A stretch of DNA of 26,923 bases from Octopus sinensis. Its lineage: Eukaryota. The notes beneath the pieces were generated by a model. The model was not told where the DNA came from. It made no database searches and worked only from the letters and a program-made list of their open reading frames with translations. A program made the translations under genes and the position numbers. Where the stretch lies: positions 1 to 26,923 of the forward strand of contig NW_021836663.1 of assembly GCF_006345805.1 (NCBI RefSeq). Reading direction: 5' to 3'. Positions 19,701 through 26,923 of the stretch are shown one piece after another (within the stretch, counting starts at the first letter, position 1; each line of letters opens with the position of its first letter).

Positions 19701-21355
19701 GTGTGTGTGTGGGTGTGGGTGCATACGTGTGTATGTGTGTGTGTGCGTGTGTGTTTGTGTGTGCTTGTGTGTGTGTGTTTGTGCTTTTGTGTGCGTGTGT
19801 GTGTGCGTGCGTGTGTGTGTGTGTTCCTGTTTATGTGTTTGTGTGTGTGCGTGGTGTGTGTGTGCATGTGCTTGTGTGCGTGTGTGTGAGTGTGTGTGTG
19901 TGTGTGTTTGTTTGTCTGTGTGTGTGTGGGTGTGAGTGTGTGCGCGACCGTGTGTGTGTGTGTGTCGTGTGTGTGTGTGTATGTGTGTGTGTGTGTGTGC
20001 GTGTGTATGTGTGTGCGTGTGTGTGCGTGTGTGTGTATGTGTGTGTGTGTGTGCGTGTTTGTGTTTGCGTGTGTGCGTGTGTGTGCGTGTGTGTTTGTGT
20101 GTGTGCGTGTATTTGTGTGCGTGTGTGTGTGCGTGTGTGTGTATGTGTGTGTGTGTGTGTGTGCGTGTGTGTGTGTGCGTGTGTATGTGTGTACGTGCGC
20201 GTGTGTATATGTGTGTGCGTGTGTGGTGTGTGTGTGTGTGTATGTGTGCGTGTTTGTGTGTGTGCGTGTGTGTGTGTGTGAGTGTCTGTGCGTGTGGGCG
20301 TGCGTGTGTGTGTGTGTGTGTTTGTCTGTGTGTGTGTGTGGGTGTGGGTGCATACGTGTGTATGTGTGTGTGTGCGTGTGTGTTTGTGTGTGCTTGTGTG
20401 TGTGTGTTTGTGCTTTTGTGTGCGTGTGTGTGTGCGTGCGTGTGTGTGTGTGTTCCTGTTTATGTGTTTGTGTGTGTGCGTGTGTGTGTGCATGTGCTTG
20501 TGTGCGTGTGTGTGAGTGTGTGTGTGTGTGTGTTTGTTTGTCTGTGTGTGTGTGGGTGTGAGTGTGTGCGCGACCGTGTGTGTGTGTGTGTCGTGTGTGT
20601 GTGTATATGTGTGTTTGTCTGTGCATGTGTATGTAGATGTGAGTGTGTGTGCGTGCGTGTGTGTGTGTGTATGTGTGCGTGTTTGTGTTTGCGTGTGTGC
20701 GTGTGTGTGCGTGTGTGTGTGCGTTTATTTGCTTGTGTGTGTGTGCGTGCGCGTGTGTGTCTGTGTGTGTGTATGTGTGTGCGTGTGTGTGTGCGTGTGT
20801 ATGTGTGTACGTGCGCGTGTGTATATGTGTGTGCGTGTGTGTGTGTGTGTGTGCTAGTTTGTGTGTGCGTGTGTGTGCGTATGTGTGTGGGCGTGTGAAT
20901 GTATGTGTGTGTGTGCGTGTTTGTGCGTGTGTGTGTGTTTTTTTCCTGTGCGTTTGTGCGTGCGTGTGTGTGCGTGTGTTTGCGCGTGTGTATGTGTGTG
21001 TGCGTGTGTGTGTGCTAGTTTGTGTGTGCGTGTGTGTGCGTGTGTGCTTGTGCGTGTATGTGTGTGTTAGTCTGCGTGCGTGTGTGTGTGTGTGCGTGCG
21101 TGCGTGTGTCTGTGCGTGTGTGTGTGTGCGTGTGTGCACGTACTTGTGTTTGTGTGTGCGTGAGTGTGTATGTGTGTTTGTGTGTTAGTGTGTTTGCTTG
21201 TGTGTGTGTGTGTGAGTTTGTTTGTGCGTGTGTGTGTTTGCGTGCGTGTGCGCGTGTGTGTTTGTTGGTTAGTTTGTGTGTGCGTGTGTGTGTAGTGGGG
21301 GTTCGTGTGCGTGTGAGCGTTTGTGCGTGTGTGTGTGAGTGCGTGTGTGTGTGTG
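16800..21355 (+). repeat. About 4.5 kb degenerate (TG)n/(TGCG) tract with internal higher-order duplications
   Basis: Direct reading. Lines at 18121, 18421 and 18721 start identically (300-bp period) and a block at about 19648 recurs at about 20280. Confidence 0.97.
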
Positions 21356-21363
21356 ATATATAT

Positions 21364-21394
<31 letters not shown>

Positions 21395-21682
21395 CATATA
21401 TATATACATATATATATATACATTTATATATAAATACATACATATATACATACATATATACATATATATATATATGTATGTATATATGTATATATATATA
21501 TACATATACATATATATATACATATATACATACATATATATATATGTATATATGTACGTATGTATATATGTATGTATATATATATATATATATTTATACA
21601 TACACATATACATGTATACACATATATATACATATATACGTACATTTATACATACATACATGTATACATATATATATATATG

Positions 21683-21722
<40 letters not shown>

Positions 21723-21797
21723 TAGATATATATATATATAAATATATACATATATACATACATATATCCATACATATGTACATACATCTATATATAT
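21356..21797. repeat. (TA)n/(TACA)n microsatellite
   Basis: Direct reading. Confidence 0.97.
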
Positions 21798-22004
21798 AAA
21801 GTTAATCCAAACAAGAAAACACAAAAAAACACAACAACGCAAGGACGTGGAACAAAGAAAGTATTATTGGACGCTCAGGAAAGAAGGGAAGAAGTAGGGT
21901 TTAACGTTTCGGGCGGAGCTCTTCGTCGGAAACATAGGGGAAGGAAAGATCCAGAGAAGGGAAGGCAGAGGAAAAAAATCGCCAACGGTACTCCTGAGGT
22001 CACA
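21798..22004 (-). mobile_element. Solo Penelope-like element terminal repeat (pLTR)
   Basis: Minus strand reads CCGACGAAGAGCTCCGCCCGAAACGTTAAA..TTTCCTGAGCG..AATA, parallel to 26371-26445; flanked by TA microsatellites. Confidence 0.7.
21899..21933 (-). ncRNA. Degenerate minimal type I hammerhead-like motif in PLE terminus
   Basis: GUUU-CCGACGA-A-GAGC-UCC-GCCC-GAAAC-GUU-AAAC has a 4-bp stem I, a stem II with one mismatch and a palindromic ACGU stem III. The core has C in place of U4. Confidence 0.45.
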
Positions 22005-22040
22005 ATGTACGTATGTATATAGATACATATAAACATATAT

Positions 22041-22093
<53 letters not shown>

Positions 22094-22163
22094 CACGCAC
22101 ATATATACATACATACGTATATACATAAATATATATATGTATGTTTATACATATATATATATA

Positions 22164-24997
22164 TCTCTATACAAACGGCAGTTTGTCTGTGCGTGTTTCT
22201 GTGTGTCTGTTTTCTCGTACCCTCACTCTGACCACGGCTTTCAACCGATTCTGATGAAACTTGACACACTCATAGCCCAATGTCATAATTCAAAACTAAC
22301 GCAGCGAAAATTTTGAAAAGTTCCCCCAGTTCTGAAAAAAATTGATAAATTCGACATGGGGTCGAGAATCAGAAACACGAACCACAGACTGTCTAGGGGA
22401 CGCAACTCGAGAATCTAAGCTTTTTTTATGCAACGCATTATCTATGGTAGTTTTCACAACTTGCAATCGATTTTCACCAAGCTCATGGTGAAGCTTAATG
22501 TTACCCTAAGAAACTCAATTCTGACGTTAGTTTTCCATGCAATACCTTACCATCAGAAACAATCGATAAAATCATGCCATTTTGGGAAATCGCGTTTAAA
22601 TTCAAGATGACATATTTTTGACAATATCTTTCACAAATTGGCAGGAATTTTTTTTTTTTATTCACAACGAGCATCATGTCTGCCCCAAGGAGCTATATAG
22701 CCCTTTTTATTCCAATAGGATACATTATTGGAAAAAATCGGTTAATTTAATCATATGTGGCACACATAGCAAACAAATTTGTGTATTAAACACAAACCAG
22801 ACTGTCTAGGGGACGCAACTTGACCTTTTTAGCTATCGATAATTCGATCCAACCAATTCCTACCAGGAAGAAATTACATTCGAGACTTTACCCCCAACAC
22901 CGCCACTTCTGCTAATAGCTGCTGCAGCCGCAAGTTATTCGAATACTCTTTTTGTTTACACTTTCTTTATAACTACCACCCCAAACGTTTTACCTTCAAT
23001 TTTTGACGTACCCTAACGGTCCTCGGACGCTACTTGCAAACACTTGGTTTATTATAAACCACTTTTGTCGTGTGCATCAAAAAAACTTTTCCTTTCGTTT
23101 GTTCAGTTTGGTCACTTTTGACTTTTTCGTTGTTGTCACTCACATTGCTGCCAGCTTTTTGGCCGTTTTTGTACATTTTTATACATTTTCGGATACTTAC
23201 CCCACGAGCTCCTTTTTATTACACCTTTACCAAACACATTGCTATCCACCAAAATACTTACCCCACGTGTTCCTTTTTATTACACCTTTGCCAAACACAT
23301 TGCTATCCACCAAAATGCCACCCAAGAAGAGAAGGACCCTCCTCAGCCCTCAGACGGCCAAGGCATCGGAGCTAGGGCTAGAAGGGCACGCGAGACCCAC
23401 GAGGAAACCGCCTTGCGCCTCTCGCAAACAGCTTCCCGTTATGCCGCTGCTCAGGCATCTGAAACTACTAGCGACCGTTCTATCCGACTTGCAAGGGTCG
23501 CAGCGTGCAGATCTTCCCTCTGCTCGAGGTTGACGAAAGAGCAACAGTTCAGCCAAAACATGCGGGCTTCTTACTGTGCTTCCATCCGCAGAGCTCGCGA
23601 GAACCCCGTTCGGAATGCGGCTAACGCCACTAGCACCGCCAGGACACGATCTGTCGAAACCTCACAGCAGAGGAGAACTCGCCAAGATGCTGACGCCGCA
23701 AACAAAGCCATGGCCCAAGCTGCCGAAACACCTCAACAGAGGAGAGCTCGCCAAGCTGCTAACGCCGTAAACACAGCCATGGCTCGATCTGCCGAAACTC
23801 CACACCAACGAACTATTCGGACATCCAGACATGCCATTAACACTGCTTCTGCTAGGGCTTCAGAGGGTGCTGAGGCGAGAGCTGAAAGGCTTTCAAGGGA
23901 TGCCACTGCTACCGCTGTCGCACGTGCATCTGAATCTGCTGAGGCACGGTGCACTCGACTTGAGAGTATCAACAAACGTCGGGATATCATTCGTGGTGTA
24001 CGTACCCCTCCCCCGCTTTCTGGTTGTCACTAGCATTCAACTACGACGCCACAATTAACTTCTCCTTGCGTGACGACATCAAGATAGGGTCAATGACAAT
24101 TGTATGCCAGTTTTGCAAAGCCAAGAAATGGCACGGAGAGCCACCTGCTTTGTGCTGCTCTGGTGGCAAAGTGGACCTGCCACCCCTACGGGAACCACCT
24201 CAACCACTGAAGGATCTCGCGGCGGTTTAACCCCCGAATCGTCACAATTCCTTGAAATAATTCGAAAGTACAACTGCTCATTCCAAATGACCTCTTTCGG
24301 GGCCAAAATTCCTCCCAGAGAAGGCTGGATGCCTACTTTCAAAGTGCAGGGACAGGTCTACCATCTTATTGGGTCACTTCTGCCAGACGAGATTCAGCAG
24401 TCTTCTTTACCAAATATACTTCTTGCCGACTACAACCACCAGGTTGATGCACGCCTTGGAATAATGCCGGGTACAAGCTATGTTCCCCGCAAAGACATTC
24501 TTCTCCGTCTCCAAACCATGCTTCATGATATCAACAGCTACGTCTGCAGCTTCAGATATGCCTTGGACAGTGCTCCATCTCCAAACTTCACTTCACCGTT
24601 GTCATGATGCTGATAAACGACCCCACGGGGAGCACGAACGCCGTTTCAACGCACCTGCGTGCAACGAAATTGCCGCAGTCATACACGGAGAGCAACACAA
24701 CAGCCGTGACATAATCATCTCCTCCGTGGTAACAACCTACACAGGATCAGCGCACCACCACATTTAATAACGGCCACAATACTTACCGGTTGTGGAAGGG
24801 AAGGACGTCTTCATTCCACGGATGCACCTTCAACCGTCGGGCGCTGACCTACCAATCCACTTCAGGCGTTCTCAGTTTCCTGTTAAACTCTGCTTCGCAA
24901 TGTCCATCAATAAATCCCAAGGCCAAACGCTGGGTTACATTTGGGCGAACAGTGCTTCGCCCACGGTCAACTCTACGTGGGCTGTTCACGCGTTGGG
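22164..24997 (+). mobile_element. Internally deleted Helitron; 5' A|TC terminus present, 3' hairpin-CTRR end not found
   Basis: Starts TCTCTATACAAA..GTTTGTCTGTGCGTG with the ACCGATTCTGATGAAACTTG motif, and carries RepHel fragments downstream. Confidence 0.9.
23315..24997 (+). pseudogene. Helitron RepHel remnants: MPPKKRR start, 23-aa STPR-like repeats, Zn finger, Rep N-terminal region, PIF1 helicase C-terminus
   Basis: CQFCKAKKWHGEPPALCCSGGKVDLPPL, YNCSFQMTSFG, FKVQGQVYHLIGSLLP, HERRFNAP, RDIII, then a jump near 24750 to VFIPRM, RRSQFPVKLCFAMSINKSQGQTL and FAHGQLYVGCSRV; several frameshifts. Confidence 0.92.
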
Positions 24998-25009
24998 AGG
25001 CGCAATGAT

Positions 25010-25481
25010 GTTTTCAAACGAGCCCACAACCTTCGAGACCTTTTGGTCCATAGCTCCTTCCCTGACCCTACCTCCCAACCCGGCTCGTTCCCCTGCTCCC
25101 GCCCACGTTGCCGCACTTGCCCTTACCTCTCCAACACCACCCGCTTCACTAGCACCCACCATCGACCCTATCCATCATCCACTCCTTCACCTGCACCTCC
25201 AGCAATTTATCTATTGCATCTCTTGCTCTCTCTGCAATTCCTTGTACACTCGGACAAACGGGACGCCGCTTGGCTGACCGGTTCGCGGAACACCTTCGTG
25301 ACATCCACCTTGCGAACGACACACCGTCTCACGACGCCATTTCCGCTCCACCGGTCACTCCTTGCAACACCTATCTGTGTTCGGTTTGTCCTTACACAGA
25401 GGCCATCCGGATTCCCGTTTGCGCCGTGAACAGGAATTAATCTTCTCTCTTCGCTCTTATACGCCATTTGGTCTCAACTCT
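25010..25481 (+). pseudogene. PLE GIY-YIG endonuclease, frameshifted
   Basis: Across frames: FKRAHNLRDLLV, PCSRPRCRTCPY, FTCTSSN, IYCISCSLCNSLY, GQTGRRLADRFAEHLRDI, HFRSTGHS, RREQELIFSLRSYTPFGLNS. Confidence 0.9.
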
Positions 25482-25810
25482 CCCCCCCTCCTCATCTAAC
25501 CTCACCCCCCTCCTCACCTATCCTTTCTCCCCCCGACCCCTACTTCTTCAGTCCTTCATCCTTTCACCCCTACTCCCCTTCCCTTCTTCCCTCTTTCTCC
25601 CTCCCTCTTCCCCTTCCCTCTGCTCCCTCACTCCCTCTCTCCCCCTTCTCTCTCCCCCTCTCCCTCTTTCCTCCTTCATCCCCCTCATCCCCTTCCTTCT
25701 CCCCACCTCTCCTCCCCCTTCTCCTCCCCCTCTTCTTCCCCTCCTTCTCTCCCCCGTCTTCCCCCCCTCCCCTCTTCTCCCTCCCCCTCTTCTCCCCCTC
25801 CCCCTCTTCT
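25482..25810 (+). repeat. About 330 bp C/T polypyrimidine low-complexity tract
   Basis: Direct reading; almost exclusively C and T. Confidence 0.95.
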
Positions 25811-25869
25811 CCTCACTACACCACATGACTTTAACACGTCACATCACATATGATGTGCCATAATAATAC

Positions 25870-25976
25870 ACACACCAACTAATACATACTAATACGTACT
25901 AATACATACTAGTACATACTAATACTTACACCAACCCTATACATACACATGTCCAGACCCCGCATACGCACTTATA

Positions 25977-26007
<31 letters not shown>

Positions 26008-26200
26008 CTATACATACCAATACGTACTAATACATACTAATACATACTAATACATACACCAACCCCAAACATACGCACGTCCAGACCAATCTTACGCACT
26101 AATACTCTCTCATACACACACCACACACACACACACCCTTATACATACTAATACATACACCACCCTATACATACACACATCCAGACCCCTCCACGCACTT
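25870..26200 (+). repeat. Imperfect 100-130 bp minisatellite (3 units) with TAATACATAC subrepeats
   Basis: TCCAGACC marker at 25952, 26080 and 26180. Confidence 0.8.
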
Positions 26201-26370
26201 TTAGCTGGTCCCTCAACCCGTTTATCAACCCTATTATCTCCCCTTATTTCGCTCTCGCGTCTCATGTTTGATCTTTGACCTCTGGCCGAAATCAGATCGC
26301 CATGTTGATTCGTTAGCTACTGCACGCATTTTTTTCTCTCCTTCTTTCTGTGTTTTTCTCTCTCTGTGTA

Positions 26371-26407
26371 TCTTCTGTTGAAGAGCGTAGGCTCGAAGCG
26401 TTAAAGA
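26371..26407 (+). ncRNA. Degenerate hammerhead-like motif in PLE terminus, probably inactive
   Basis: UCUU-CUGUUGA-A-GAGC-GUAG-GCUC-GAAGC-GUU-AAAGA has a perfect stem II, but core mismatches (U in place of A6, GAAG in place of GAAA). Confidence 0.35.
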
Positions 26408-26508
26408 CTTGTTTTATTTATATTTCCTGAGCGCCATACTAATACAATTGTTCGTTTGTTTTCCACCTGCCTTCGTCTTTTGTTTATTTTCATAAAGCTT
26501 CCCGTTAT

Positions 26509-26544
26509 TATATACATATATATATACACACACATACACCACAC

Positions 26545-26601
<57 letters not shown>

Positions 26602-26685
26602 CACACACATATATATATATATTACACACACAAATATATATATATATATATACACACACAAATATATATATATATATATATAATA

Positions 26686-26749
<64 letters not shown>

Positions 26750-26750
26750 T
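26509..26750. repeat. (TA)n/(CA)n microsatellite
   Basis: Direct reading. Confidence 0.97.
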
Positions 26751-26751
26751 A

Positions 26752-26900
26752 AAATAATATGTTACAATTACTCAATAGTCAAGATAAAATTCTGAGTTTC
26801 AGATGCCGAAGTGGAAATCCACAACACCATCTCTTCGGTTATCTGACCATCGGAAAAACGCTATGAAAAAATACCGTTAAATAAAGGGAAATTACTCTGT
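26752..26900 (-). mobile_element. Possible third PLE-type terminus
   Basis: Minus strand reads CCGAAG-AGATG-(hairpin-containing loop)-CATCT-GAAAC followed by an AT-rich tail into (TA)n. Confidence 0.35.
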
Positions 26901-26923
26901 TATATTATATATAATTATATAAT

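Larger units (their letters stand above)
25010..26508 (+). mobile_element. 5'-truncated Penelope-like element (GIY-YIG end, low-complexity spacer, terminal repeat about 26200-26508)
   Basis: GIY-YIG remnant followed by a pLTR carrying TGAAGAGC-GTAG-GCTCGAAGCGTT. Confidence 0.8.

Noticed and set aside
16799-21423. Very long His-Thr and Cys-Val ORFs (up to 860 aa)
   Set aside because: They are translations of (CA)n/(TG)n, which lack stop codons by composition; no coding signal.
25548-25863. Pro/Leu/Ser-rich and Gly/Arg/Glu-rich ORFs
   Set aside because: Translations of the C/T low-complexity tract.

Overview
This is eukaryotic, AT-rich, repeat-dominated DNA. Its SINE, MITE and RTE-tail families match ones I recall from octopod cephalopods, which is an inference and not a database result. 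From 5' to 3' the window holds: (1) the 3' part of an R4/Dong-type RLE non-LTR retrotransposon ending in (TAA)n; (2) a tandem array of four cassettes (1432-8375) whose flanks are about 97% identical but whose exon payloads behind the same phase-1 acceptor differ strongly: one intact transmembrane exon, two identical frameshifted TM exons with NGS-repeat stalks, and one non-TM payload; (3) a SINE cluster; (4) the 3' relic of a pogo/Tigger transposon; (5) an apparently full-length CR1/L2-group LINE on the minus strand with an open Myb/SANT-like plus CCCH-array ORF1, a heavily disrupted APE-RT ORF2 and an inverted copy of its own 3' end just upstream; (6) a 4.5 kb degenerate TG tract with higher-order repeats; (7) an internally deleted Helitron with 23-aa STPR-like repeats, joined in frame to a Penelope-like GIY-YIG fragment; (8) two, possibly three, Penelope-type termini carrying degenerate minimal hammerhead-like motifs. 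Most long ORFs in the supplied track are microsatellite artefacts. All counts and identities were made by eye.
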